From Mobula hypostoma (Eukaryota): DNA of 64,000 nt. The notes below the pieces were generated by a model. The model did not search any database and was not told the origin of the DNA. It saw only the letters and a list, made by a program, of their open reading frames with translations. This document shows positions 10,201 to 22,994 of this stretch, in pieces. The stretch is from the NCBI RefSeq assembly GCF_963921235.1, contig NC_086114.1, positions 63,922,001 through 63,986,000 of the forward strand. The letters are read 5' to 3'. The position numbers were made by a program, and so were the translations under genes. The first letter of the stretch is position 1. Each line of letters opens with the position of its first letter.

Positions 10201-11639
10201 AGTCCCCATTCCTGATTCCTGTTTCCCTCTCTCACCTCATCTCCTTACCCTGGTGCTCCTCCCCTTCCCTCTCTTCCATGGTCTTCTACCCTCTCCTCCT
10301 CCAGCCCTGTATCTCTTTCACCAAGCAACCTCCCAGCTGGTTACTTCACCCCTCCCCCTTTCCCGGTTTCACCGATCACCTACCGACTTGTACCCCACCC
10401 CACCCCATCTTCCTACTCCGACTTCTCCCCCTCTTTCCCAGTCCTGATGAAGGGCCTCGGCCTGAACTGTCGACTGTTTACTCGTTTCCATAGAAACTGC
10501 CTGGCCCGCTGAGCTCCTCCAGTATTTTGTGTGTATTTTGTATTGCTTCGGATTCCCAGCATCAGCAGACTATTCCGTGTTTGTGAAGTATATCGCAGGG
10601 TTCAGAGAGGAGCTGAGATGAAATTATTGCCTGCGGGGTAGTTTGTCACGCACGTCCTGAGAGGGCGGTGAGAAGTGTTGCAATAAGACCATAACACGTA
10701 AGAACTTAATTAGGCCATTCGGCCCATCGAGTCTGTTCGGCCATTCAATCATGGCTGATTTATTATCCGTCTCAGCCCCATTCTCCTGCCTTCTGCCCAG
10801 AATCTCTGACGCGCTTACTAATCAAGAGCCCATCGACCTCCGCTTTTCGTATCTGTACTCAGTGACATGGTCTCCACAGCCGTCTGTGGCAACGAATGAA
10901 TTCTCCACCCTCTGGCTAAAGAAATCCCCCCGCATCTCTGTTCTAAAGGAACGCCCCTCTGTTCCGAAGCTGGGATCTTGGATTAGCGAGGCATATGTAT
11001 CAAATATTGTCATTAATGCGTGTTTGATGGTTCGGATGGACGGGGTGAGCGAGAGAACATATCTCTGTCCTCTGACTCCAGAAGTTTATAAAATAATGAG
11101 ACGCACATTTGGGGCAGAAACTCTTCCCCAAGGTGAGAATGTCAAATAGTAGAGGGTGTAGCTTTAAAGCGCGATGTTTTGTCGTATACAGAGAGTGGCA
11201 GGAGTCCGGAACGTGTGCTGTCCGGGAAGAGTCAAGGCAAGTCGTGTTCATTGTTATGTGCAGAAGTACGGCGAGGTACTGTCAGAGCAGGGTCACAGGC
11301 GAAAGTCAGACAACACATAACATAAATTACTCAAGAGATTGAGCAAAAGAAGACACTAATACGAGCACATCCGATAGCAACATTTAAGAGGCATTTAAAC
11401 AGGCAATAAATGGAGGGAGAGAGACCATGTGCAGGGGATTTGTTCCGTTTTCATCGTGGTTGCCAGATATCGTGGGCTTTGTTTTTTTCGAGTAAAAAGT
11501 ACGTATAATTTGTTTAATTTACGTTTTCTTTTAAATGTTGTACATCTGATACTATGTGCTGATGCCAGTGTTGTTGTTGTACCTGTGCAGACATGTGTTT
11601 GCCGATGCGACACTGAACTGGATGGACTTTGACACGTTC

Positions 11640-11940
11640 GCTGCTGCTCAGAGCGGCTCGCTGTTCCGGGGAGTGGCAGCGGCCGTCGTCGTTGCAACTG
11701 CGCCGGAGGCCAGCAGGCGGCGCCCGGGGTCACTCAGCGGACCCTCGGCCGACTTCCGGGTAAGTTACCCGTCGGGCGTTGGAATCCCTGAACTTTTTCG
11801 AAGTTGGGGTACCGGACCAACTTTGTCTCTCACCCCGAACACTCCCCACCGTCTCACCGTCCTCCCTCCGCTGCTTCACCTTCGGGATCGCTGAAGCGAC
11901 CTGACGAATCCCCCGGAGCGGCGAGCCCGACGGTAAAGAG
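11640..11940 (+). promoter_or_regulatory. CIB1: CpG island, probable CIB1 promoter and non-coding exon 1 (donor after 11759)
   Basis: CpG-rich; ETS/GABP motif ACTTCCGG immediately followed by the canonical donor GTAAGT (11760-11765); the ATG exon has its own acceptor (branch GCTAAC, TTTCCCTTTCAG ending at 22837). Confidence 0.6.
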
Positions 11941-12329
11941 GAATAGAAGTGAAGAGGGACGGGATTAAGCAGAAGGGGCAAGGGTAGGGGGTGAGAAGTT
12001 TGCAGGAGGGTTTGAAGAGAGGGGCGAGGAGCTAGGTGTAGGAGGGTGAGGAGCTGGGGGTGGGGGGGTTAGGAGTAGCCGGGGAGGGGAGGTGGGAGGA
12101 AAAGTGAGCAGGAACAGTTGTGGGATTGGGGAACAAGGAGACGGGATAGGGAGCCGGAACGGGGGATTCAGGGCGTGTGGGTGACGGACAGGGCTGGTTG
12201 TGAGCACAGGAACCCGGGGGGTGGGGGCAAGAGGTGTGTGTGGTGGGGGGGGGGAGGTAGTGGGGCTATCTGTACTTTGACTCCCTATCCAGTAATGGCT
12301 TCAGTTTTAAAATATTTTTCCAGATCTCT

Positions 12330-13820
12330 TTATCAGAATCAGAATTTGTTGTTTTGCGGTAGCTGTACACTGCGGTACATAATACTAAAAAATTACAGTG
12401 AGAAATGCGTATAGTAATGCAAAAAAGAAAATAGTGAGTTGGTGTTCACGGGTTCAATGTCCATTCATAAATCTGATGGTGGAGAGGAAGAATCTTCCTG
12501 AATCGCTGAGTGTGTGTCTTCAGGTTCCTGCACCACCTCCCTGATCGTGGCATTGAGAAGAGGGCATGACCTGGGTGATGGGTGCCATTAACGATGGATG
12601 CCACCTTTTTGAGGCATCACTCCTTGACAATCTCCTGGATGCTGGGGAGGCTGGTGCCCATGATGGAGCTGACTGATTTCACGCTTCCTGCTGCTTATTT
12701 TGATCCTGACAGCAACCCCCCCCCTCCAATGTTAGAATGCTTTTCATGGTAAATCTATAGACATTTCAGAGTGTTTTTGGTAACTTACCAAATCTCCTCA
12801 AACTCCTAATGAAATATAGCCACTGTCAATTCTTCTTTGTAATTGCTTTGATAACGTTGGGCCCAGGTTAGATACTCAGAGATGTTGACACCTAGGAACT
12901 TGAAACTTCTCAATCTTTCCATTTCTGATCCATCGATGAGGGATCCCTTGTCTTGTCCTTCTTGAGGTCCACAATCAATTCTTTGGTCTTACTGATGTTG
13001 AGTACGTGATTTATTTCGCTCCTGTACGCCCTCTCATCACCATCTGAGATTCTGACAACAATGGTTGCATCATCGGCAAATTTATAGATGGTGTTTGAGT
13101 TATTCCTAGCCACACAGTCTTGGGTGTATAGAGAGTAGAGTAATGGCTAAGCACACACCCCTGTGGTACGTCAGTGTTGATTGTCAGCAAGGTGGAGAAG
13201 TTGTTGCTGATCCCCACAGATTGTGGTTTTCCAGTTAGGAAGTCGAGGATCCAGTTGCAGAGGGAGGTACAGAGGCCCATGTTCTGGAGGTTTGCCATCA
13301 GGACTGTAGGAACAATTGTGTTAAATGCTGAGCTGTAGTTAATGAATAGCAACCTGATGTAAGTACTCGTATTGTCCAGGTGATCCAAGGCCACGTGAAG
13401 AACTCATGAGATCGTATCTGCTGTAGACGTATTGTGGCAATAGGCAAATTGCAGTGGGTCCAGGTCCTTGCTGAGCCAGGAGTTCATTCTAGTCATGACC
13501 GAAGACGTGACCACTACTGGACGGTAGTCATTAATGCAGCTCACTCTGCTCTTCCTGGGCACTGGGATAATTGTTGCCCCTTTGGAGCAAGTGGGAACTT
13601 CTGACTGTAGCAGTGAGAGATTGAAAATGTCTTTGAACACCCCAGGCAGATGGTTAGTGCAGGTTTCAGAGCCGTACCAGCTACTCCATTGAGGCCTGTT
13701 GCCTTGCGAGGGTTCACACTCATGAAAGACATTCTGACAGAGGTCACGGTCACCAGGTGCTGCAGGAATTCTCATAGCTGTAGTCTTACTCTCCCTTTCA
13801 AAGCATAGAAGGCGTTTGAT
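12330..13820 (-). mobile_element. Rex1/Babar-type LINE, RT region plus 3' end, decayed
   Basis: [64 protein letters not shown]. Confidence 0.85.
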
Positions 13821-13947
13821 TTGGATAAGTGTGAGATGTTATATTTTGGGAAGACATAAGACAAGTGAGGGTGGGATGTTCATGAGGAACAGTGGGACCT
13901 GGTTCGGGGAGGGGGGCACACGTGGGTGGGGGATGTTTGAGAATTGA

Positions 13948-14500
13948 GGCCTTTCTTGGTCAGTGTTGACCATGGATGTGTGTCCTAGCTGTCTAAGTCA
14001 GTACACCATCCTGGGCAGTACGATATGGCGAGCAAGCTGTTCCCATGTAACAGGCTCCCATCTCTTTGTGCAGTTGGTGAATCCAGAGGAATGGCAGAGA
14101 CGGATACAGTTCGGCACCAGCGGTGTCGCAGGAGTTGCCAGTCAGCGTTGAACTCAGCGCAGGACTGTCTCAGGGACTCCAGCTCTGGTTGACTCCTGAA
14201 ACCTTTCCCATTAGTGGTACCGTGCAAGTCAGGAGGGGTTTGAGGTCAGAGATTTTGCCTGCGATGGCTGACAAGCGCCATCTGCCCGAATCGACTGGTT
14301 TTAAGGCATCTGTAACCCGCCTTTGCCCCTTCTGTTGGTGGGAAGAGTTCTGCCAGGCTTAGTCGCTAAGCACGTGTGAAGGTCAGGCGCTGGACTCGGT
14401 TATCAGAGGCCATTTGAAACACACACCATTGGGGAGTATTTAATAGGTAGTGGGAGCTCGTCCCCATTACCACCCCGGCACTAACAACCTTCTGGAACCG
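13948..14500 (-). mobile_element. Non-coding RTE-related repeat; further copies 19375-19945 (+), 22305-22655 (+), 43603-44212 (-, interrupted)
   Basis: Four mutually alignable copies sharing GGCACCAG..GTCGCAGGAGTTGCCAGTCAGCGTTGAACTC and the end motif TGACCATGGATGT..TCCTAGCTGTCTA. Confidence 0.65.
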
Positions 14501-14749
14501 TGTAGAACGAGGAGTACAGGGCCCTCGTCCAGACAGTAACCGTTAACATTCTCCACTCCATCTCTCACCTCCTCTCAAACCCCCAATATCACAAACAGGT
14601 TAGCAGTGGATTGTTAGGACCCAGGTTCACTCCTGACCTCTGTCCCCCCGTGACTCCGTGGGCCACACCACCCCCACCCCTGGTGCTCTGCTTTCTGCCC
14701 ACATCCCAAAGACACGCTGGGAAACTCATTGGATGCTGCCCCTAATGTA

Positions 14750-16365
14750 CAGTGGCATGCAAAGGTTTGTGCTCCCTGGTCAAAATTTCTGTTACTGTGA
14801 ATAGTTAAGTGGGTAGAAGATGAACTGATCTCCAAAAGTCATAAAGTTAAAGATGAAACATTCTTTTCAACATTTTAAGCAAGATTAGTGTATTATTTTT
14901 GTTTTGTACAATTTTAGAGTGAAAAAAAGGAAAGGAACACCATGCAAAAATTTGTGCACCCCAAGAGATTTGAACTCAGATAACTTTTACCAAGGTCTCA
15001 GACCTTAATTAGCTTGTTAGGGCTATGGCTTGTTCACAGTCATCATTAGGAAAGGCCAGGTGATGCAAATTTCAAAGCTTTATAAATATCCTGACTCCTC
15101 AAACCTTGTCCCAACAATCAGCAGCCATGGGCTCCTCTAAGCTGCTGCCTAGCACTCTGAAAATTAAAATAAATGATGCCCACAAAGCAGGAGAAGGCTA
15201 TAAGAAGATAGCAAAGCGTTTTCAGGTAGCTGTTTCCTCAGTTCATAATGTAATTAAGAAATGACAGTTAACAGGATCGGTGGAGGTTAAGTTGAGGTCT
15301 AGGAGACCAAGAAAACTTTCTGAGAGAACTGCTCGTAGGATTGCTAGAAAGGCAAATCAAAACCCCTGTTTGACTGCAAAAGACTTTCAGGAAGATTTAG
15401 CAGACTCTGGAGTGGTGGTGCACTGTTCTACTGTGCAGCGACACCTGCACAGATATGACCTTCATGGAAGAGTCATCAGAAGAAAACCTTTCCTGCATCC
15501 TCACCACAAAATTCAGCATCAGAAGTTTGCAAAGGAACATCTAAATAAGCCTGATGCATTTTGGAAACAAGTCCTGTGGACTGATGAAGTTAAAATAGAA
15601 CTTTTTGGCCGCAATGAGCAAAGGGATGTTTGGAGAAAAAAGGGTGCAGAATTTCATGAAAAGAACCCCTCTCCAACTGTTAAGCACGGGGGTGGATCGA
15701 TCATGCTTTGGGCTTGTGTTGCAGCCAGTGGCACGGGGAACATTTCACTGGTAGAGGGAAGAATGAATTCAATTAAATACCAGCAAATTCTGGAAGCAAA
15801 CATCACACTGTCTGTAAAATAGCTGAAGATGAAAAGAGGATGGCTTCCACAACAGGATAATGATCCTAAACACACCTCAAAATCCCAATGGACTACCTCA
15901 AGAGGCGCAAGCTGAAGGTTTTGCCATGGCCCTTAAAGTCCCCCTGACCTAAACATCATCGAAAATCTGTGGGTAGACCTCAAAACAGCAGTGCATGCAA
16001 GACAGCCCAAGAATCTCACAGAGCTAGAAGCCTTTTGCAAGGAAGAATAGGTGAAAATCCCCCAAACAAGAATTGAAAGACTCTTAGCTGGCTACAGAAA
16101 GCGTTTACGAGCTGTGATACTTGCCAAAGGGGGTGATACTAAGTACTGACCATGCAGGGTGCCCAAACTTTTGCTTCGGGCCCTTTTCCTTTTTTGTTAT
16201 TTTGAAACTGTAAAAGATGGAAATAAAAAAGTAATCTTAAAATATTAGAGAAATGTGTCATCTTTAACTTTATGCCTTTTGGAAATCAGATCATCTTTTA
16301 TTCGCTTAATTATTCACAGTAAAATCAACTTTGACCCGGGGTGCCCAAACTTTTGCATGCCACTG
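14750..16365 (+). mobile_element. Full-length Tc1-family DNA transposon (IR-DR type), inactive
   Basis: TIRs CAGTGGCATGCAAA...TTTGCATGCCACTG, TA TSDs at 14748-49 and 16366-67, inner direct repeats near 14940 and 16155. Confidence 0.95.
15127..16149 (+). pseudogene. Tc1 DD34E transposase, disrupted
   Basis: [33 protein letters not shown]; premature stops at 15262 and 15820 plus frameshifts. Confidence 0.92.
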
Positions 16366-16654
16366 TACGTGGGGGCAGGAGGGATGGTGCAGTGACCGTC
16401 ATGTGGACGAGATTCACTTTCGGGCGGAACTAAGTGGGACTGTTGGGACTGCTCTAGGCACTAGTATTGGCTCGATGGGCCAATTGGCAGCTTCTATGTT
16501 GTAAATTTCATGTGGGCAGACAAGTCTATTTGCCCATCCCCTTCATATCGACTTTCACCATTGTGAATTCATTTTAGGCTCAGCTATCTGCAATATTATT
16601 GTCTAAGGTCCCAAATTTTTCTTTTGATTTTCAATTTTTATGGAATTTTTAAGA

Positions 16655-19260
16655 CAATGAAACATGGGAGCAAATTAGGCCATTCCACTCATCGAGTCTG
16701 CTCTGCCATTCCATCATGGCTGATTTATTATACCTATCAACCCCGTTCTCCTGCCTTCTCCCCGTGATCTTTGACGTCCTGACTAATCAAGAATCTTTTA
16801 ACCTCCATTTTAAGTATACTCAGTGACTTGGTCTCTACCGTTGCCCTGTACCGATGAATTGATTCACCACCCTCTGGTTAAAGAAATTTCTCCTCATCTC
16901 TGTTTTAAATAGACATCCCTCGATTCTGAGGCTGTCCCTCTGGCCCTAGCTTCCCCCACTGTAGGAAACACTCTGTATAGTCCTTTTGACATTCGATAGG
17001 TTTCAATGAGATCTCCCCCCATTCTTCTAAATTACAATGAGTACAAACCTAAGTCTTTTATTCCTGGAAACACCTCTGAACCCTCTCCAATGTCAGCACA
17101 TCCTTTCTTAGATAAAGAGCCCAAAACCGCTCACAATACTCCAAGTGAGGCCTCACCAGTGCCTATAGAGCCTCGGTATTACATCCTTGTCTGTATATTC
17201 TGGTCCTCTTGAAATGAAAGCTAACATTGCATTTGCTTTTCTCACCACTGACTCGGCCTCCAAGCTGACCATCGTGGAGTCCTGCAGGAGGACTCCCAGG
17301 TCCCTTTGCAACTTGGATTTTTGAATTTTCTCCCCGTTTAGGAAATAGTCTACACTGTTCCTTCCACCACTGTACTCTATCTGTCCCTTGTTTGCCCATT
17401 CTCCTAATCTGTCCAAGTTCCGTAGCCTCCCTGCTTTCTCAACACTATGTCTCTCCACCTATCTTTGTACCATCCACAAATTTGGCTACAAAGCCATCAA
17501 TTCCATCATCCAAATTATTGACAACTAATGGAAAAAGAAGCTGTCCCAACACCGAACCCTGCAGACCACGACTAGTCACTGGCAGCCAATCAGAAAAGGT
17601 CCCCTTTATTCCCACGCTTTGCCTCCTGCCAATCAGCAAATGCTAGTATCTTCCCTGTAATACCACGGGCTCTCACCTTGCTAAGTAGCCTCTTGTGCAG
17701 CACCTTGTTAAAGACCTTCTGAAAATCCAAGTACACAACATCCACTGATTCTGCTTTGTCTATCCTGGCTGTTAGTTCCTCAAAGGTTGCAACAGATTTG
17801 TCAAACAAGATCTTCCCTTAAGGAAACCATGCTGACTACAGTCTATTTTATCATACGCCTCCAAGTAACCCAAACAATTGGGGTACCTGCGACTCCAACT
17901 TCTTTCCGATCACTGAGGTCAGACTATAATTTCCTTTCTTCCGCCACCTTCTCTGCATTTGCAATTTTCCAGTCTTCTGGAACCATTCCAGAATTTATTG
18001 ATTCTTGAAAGATAATTAGTGCCTCTGCAATCTTGTCAGCTGCCTCTCGCAGAACCCTTGGGGCGTAGTCCATTTGGTTCAGGTGACTTGATCGTTTATT
18101 TATTTATTGAGGGACAGTGTGGAATTATCCCTTTGAGCCGTGCCACCCAGCAATCCCCACATTTAATCTGAGCGTAATCACGGGACAATTCACCTACCAA
18201 CCGGTACGACTTTGGACTGTGGGAGGAAACTGGGGACTTGGTTTATCTACCTTCAGCACTCACTTATCTACATTCAGACCATTCAGTTTCCCAAGCGCCT
18301 TCTCCTTAGTAATAGTAATTGCACTCACTTCTGTCCCCTAACACACTCGAACAGTGTCTTCCTCAGTGAAGACTGATTCAAAATACTTATTCAGTTCATC
18401 CAGCATTTTCTTGCACCCCTCCCCCCGCCCCCCCCCCCCACCAGTTACCATATCTCCAGCATCGTTTTCCAGTGGTCCAATATTCACCCTTGCCTCTCTT
18501 TTAGTTATATATCTGAAAAAAACTTCTGGTATTCTCTCTGATATTATTAGCTAGCTTACCTTCATATTTCATCTTTTCCCACATTATGGTTTTTTATTGT
18601 CTTCTGTTGGTTTTTAAAAGCTTTCCAATCCTCTAATTTCCCACTAATATTTCCTCTATTATTGTATGTCCTCTCTTTTGCTTTCATGATGGCTTTGACT
18701 TTCCTTGTCAGCCATGGTTGGATCAAACTGCCTTTGGAGTACTACTGTGGAATGTATCTATCCTCTGCCTTCTGATTGCTTCCAGGAACAGCAGCCTTTG
18801 CTGCTGTGTCGTCATCCCTGCCAGATCCCTTCCAGTCAGCTTTGGCCAGCTCCTCCCTCATGCCTCTGTAGTTCCATTTACTCCACTGTAAAGTAAAGTA
18901 AAGGCAACTGTTAGTCTTGCGAGACCATGGATCTGCGCCTGGAAAGTCTTCACTCTCCAGGGCACAGGCCTGGGCAGGGTTGTATGGAAGACCAGCAGTT
19001 GCCCATGCTGCAAGTCTCCCCTCTCCATGACACCAATGTTGTCCAAGGGAAGGGCACTAGGACCCAAACAGCTTGGTACCAGTGTTATCGCAGAGCAATG
19101 TGTGACTAAGTGTCTTGCTCAAGGACATAACACGTCCCCTCGGCTGGGGCTCGAACTCTCGACCTTCAGGTAGCTAGTCCAGTGCTTTAACCACTTGGCC
19201 ACGTGCCCACACTACTCCACTGTAATACTGACACATCTGACTTTAGCTTCTCCCTTCCAT
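16655..19260 (-). mobile_element. CR1 LINE ORF2 (RT) plus 3' UTR, decayed, interrupted by SINEs
   Basis: DVVYLDFQKVFNKV, GLQGSVLG, KFVDGTKIGG, QRDLGV. Confidence 0.85.
18892..19212 (-). mobile_element. Intact tRNA-head SINE with RTE-like tail and 13-bp TSD
   Basis: A box TGGCCAAGTGG, B box GTTCGAGCC, (TTTAC)n tail; TSD TACTCCACTGTAA at 18879-18891 and 19213-19225. Confidence 0.88.
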
Positions 19261-22200
19261 AGGTACAAAGCAGTAACAGGGTAGATTGTGAAGACTTGAG
19301 TTCATCTTATTGTGCTAGGGGACTATTCAGTAATCGTATAACAGTGGGAAAGGTGTTCAATGCTATATTAGTGTTCGGTTCCTTAAGGCTGTCATAGCTG
19401 GGGAAGGTTGGGGTAGTAGGGATGATCTCTCACTACCTATTAAATGCTCCCAATGCATGAATCTGACAACCAAGCCCAGCTCCTGTGGCTTAGTGTGGCT
19501 TAGCCAGTTACCATGGCAGAACCATTTCTACTAACGAGAGAAGGGGCAAATTTGGATTACTGGTGCCTTAAAACCATTGGCTGTGGGCAGGTGGGGTTTG
19601 TCAGCCACGTATGGACTCTGATTTCAAACCTCCACTGCCTTGTGTCTATACCCACTCATGGGGAAGGTTTCCGGAGTAAACCCTGAGGGGAATATCTGGA
19701 GTTGGAGACCCGAAGGCAGTCCTACGTTGAGTTCAACGCTGACTGGCAACTCCTGCAATGCCGCTGATGCCAGACTGTATCCGTCTCTGCCGTCCCTTTG
19801 GAGGGTCCGTTGCGTGGAGAGGTGGAATCTGTTGTATGGGCAACAGCTTCTCTTCATATCGATTACACTAGCTTGCTTGCATACTGAAACATAGACAGCT
19901 AGGACACAACGTCTATGGTCAACCCTGACCAGTGGAGGGGCCCCAGTATTCTTTGGGATTCAGCCTGAGAGTTGTGTAGGGTACAGAATTTGTCAGTTTT
20001 ATTTTAGGGGCACATGTTTAAAATGATTCCTCTTGGCTCCAAGGTGGAGGAGGTATTTAGTGTGGGTGGGGCTGCTGGAAGAGGAGGGGGCATTTCCAAG
20101 GATGTAGTCAAATGTCTAATGTCTGCACGTCTGGGTCTAATTCAGAGTCTACTGGAGGCCGGGGAAGCTGTTTTGTTGTGGAGTTAGTGGACTGTGTATA
20201 CGCCTGGGTGGGAGGGAAGGACGGGACTTGTTTCGCTGTTATTGTGTTCTGCCAAGCTTCGTGAGTACGCTATGATGTCGATGTCAGAATGTGTGGTGAC
20301 ACTTGCAGACTGCCCCCAGCAACCCATGAAACGACACATTTCACTGTGTTTCACTGTAAGTGTGTTAAATCGGTCAGAATCTTGAGCAGTGGAACAGAAT
20401 GAAGTTAGTCACTGGTAACATTCCTAAGACTAAATTCATTGCTGTGTGAAAGGATTTGATGATGTCTATTGGAATCAGAATCAGGTTTAGTATCACAGGC
20501 ATATGTTGTGAATTTTTTTGTTATTTCGCAGCAGTACATTGCAACATATAATAAAGAAAACTATAGTTACAATAAGAAATGTATAGTAAGCAGCACAAAA
20601 AGACAGCAAAAATAGTGAGGTGGTGTACATGGTTCAGTGTTCATTCAGAAATCTGATGGCAGAGGGGAAGAAGCTTTTCTTAACTCATTGAGTGTGGGTC
20701 TTCATGCTCCTGTACCCCCTCCTGCCCCCCCCATGGACATGTCTCGATGATGTCGGTCTTCAGTGATGGATGCCTCCTTCTCAAGGCACTGACCCTTCAA
20801 GATGCCCTTGATAGTGAGGAAGAGGTTTTACCTCTAGACTAGTAATGGTTTTACCTGTAGGCCTGGGGGTGCTGGAGTTGTGCCCCTCCCCACTGTACAT
20901 TGGGCTATGGACTGAGAGCTGGGAAATGGAGAAATGTAGAGATCCATTTGTGCTAGTATGGGTGATGGGCCGAAGAGCCCCCTTGCTGTGAATCTTCGGT
21001 GCTTTGCTTGTCACCACGTCAAAGCTCTGGATCTCGCACCTCACAGATCTGGCTGACTGGGCAGGGGTCGCTGAGCGACAATTAAAACCCGTTCTGTCCG
21101 GGAAGTATGATTGATTTCTCTTCCCTTCTCCCTGCCCTCGGACTCTGAGGATCGAAACCCATGCCTTGGCTGAGATCCGCAGTCAGCTTTACTCACAGGA
21201 AGAGCTGGCAGTGGAAACATTTGCATTGCGTTGCATTCTTTATAACAAGATCCAGTATCACTGAACAGATTAATAATAAATGATGCTTTCTAGCAAAGCC
21301 ATTAGTGTCTCTCACCACACTCTCATCCCTCACCTTCCAGTTAGTGTCTACGTATCAAATGTCAGGATAGCTCTGTGTGAGGCCGTGTGTGTGCCTCTCT
21401 GTCCCTAGAAGTGAGCACGAGTGTGTGTGTTCCTGTCTATGGAGGGGTGTTAAAGATAGTGACGAAAACTATCCCTTGCCTCTGAATTTTTCTTTCATCC
21501 ATCTGCCTATCAAAATCCCATGAACGTCCTGACCATTCCTGGCTCCACCACCATCCCTGGTAATACATTCCAGTCACAGACCACTTAAAACAACCTACCT
21601 CTGACATTCCCCCAATATGCCTTCCTCCAATCAACATAAAATGATGCCCCTTGTATTAGCCATTTCCGCCTTGGGAAAACGTCTCTGGTTTGCCACTCGA
21701 TCTATGACTCTTATCGTGTACTGCTCTATCAAGTCACCTCTCGTCCTCCTTTGCTCCAAAGAGAAAAGCCTTATCTCACTCAACCTACCCTCATTAGACA
21801 AGATCTCTGATCCAATCAGCGTCCTGATAAATCTCATCTGCACCCTCCCTAAACCTTCCACATCTTTCCTTTTTATGATGTGATCAGAACTGAACATAAA
21901 ATCCATATAAACTGCTCTACTTTCATCATTTCCGTGAAAAATTCAACCATGCTTGTGAGGCTGGGTCAGCATGTGTGGAGGAAGTTCCTGACTGTCGATC
22001 CTGGGAATTCTGTGGTCCAGAGGGCAGGTGCTCCCCACGTGAGTGCAAGGCTGAGACTGGTAGTGTTTGGGGAATTTGGGGATCAGTCAGTGTGGTGGCC
22101 TTCGTGTGCAAAATCAGCCATGACTGAGAGGTACAGCAGGCTTGATGGGCCGAACAGTCTGCTTATCTTTTACCGAGTGTTTTTTGCATTAGATGATTCA

Positions 22201-22901
22201 AGCTCTTTCTCTTCGTCTCAGGTGATGCAGCTGCTGACACACAAGATGGTAGGGGAACTCAGCAAGTCTATGGAGAGAAATAAATAGTCGCTGCTTTAGG
22301 CAGACAGGGTTCCAGCAGCTCATCTAGAAGGAAAATTCTGATCTCAAACCTCCGCTGCCTTGCAGCTACACCCGCTCACGTGGAAGCCTTCAGGGGTAAA
22401 CCCCAAGGAAAAGTCCGGGGCTGGACTCCCTCAGGCAGTTCCACGTAGAACTCCACACTGACTGGTATCTCCTGCGATGCCACTGGTGCCAGACTGTATC
22501 AGTCTCCGCCGTCCCTTTGGGCTCGTCAGCTGGGTGGAGGGGGGAGTCCGCTGCATGGGCAACAGCTTGCTCTCCACGTCGGAGTGACCTGGCTTGTGTA
22601 TCATGCAGATAGGATACAACATCTATGTTCGACCCCGATCAACGCAGGGCCTCTACATGCTGCCTGACCTGCTGAGTTCCTCCTACTTGTTTTGCTCTGG
22701 ATTTCCAGCATCTCTTGTGTCGCTGTAAACCTTGCAGCCTTAGCCATCGACCCTGTGCAGCCACCCAGCCTGTTATCCAGTCTCCAGTTGTGCCTGCGCG
22801 GGACAAACCCAAGCTAACCTGTTGGTTTCCCTTTCAGGTAACGAGGCTCTGGAGGATCCGAGATCACAGGGGGATCTGGAAAGTTTGGAGCTTCTGTGAT
22901 C

Positions 22902-22952
22902 ATGGGGTCGTCAGCAAGCCAGCTCTCCAAGGAACAGCTCACTGAGTATCAG
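22902..22952 (+). CDS. CIB1: CIB1 coding exon 1 (MGSSASQLSKEQLTEYQ)
   Basis: Myristoylation-type MG-x-x-x-S start, 51 nt, donor GTGAG; matches human MGGSGSRLSKELLAEYQ. Confidence 0.92.
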
Positions 22953-22994
22953 GTGAGATAGTGACTTGGAACTGGTTTGTTACAGCCACATGCA

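Larger units (their letters stand above)
9190..10590 (+). mobile_element. Penelope-like element 3' part (GIY-YIG C-terminus, pyrimidine-rich UTR, hammerhead-bearing terminus)
   Basis: Coding remnant SHSDMSVHGVLYCHDEATRRLEEQHLI..LGRLQP; terminal CAGTCCTGATGAAGGGCCTCGGCCTGAA at 10439. Confidence 0.75.

Noticed and set aside
9431-10493. 338-aa and 320-aa Pro/Phe/Ser/His-rich ORFs
   Set aside because: Stop-free by composition of the (CCCTT)n tract
19130-19212. tRNA gene
   Set aside because: tRNA-like A/B boxes form the head of a TSD-flanked SINE; no complete cloverleaf or terminator
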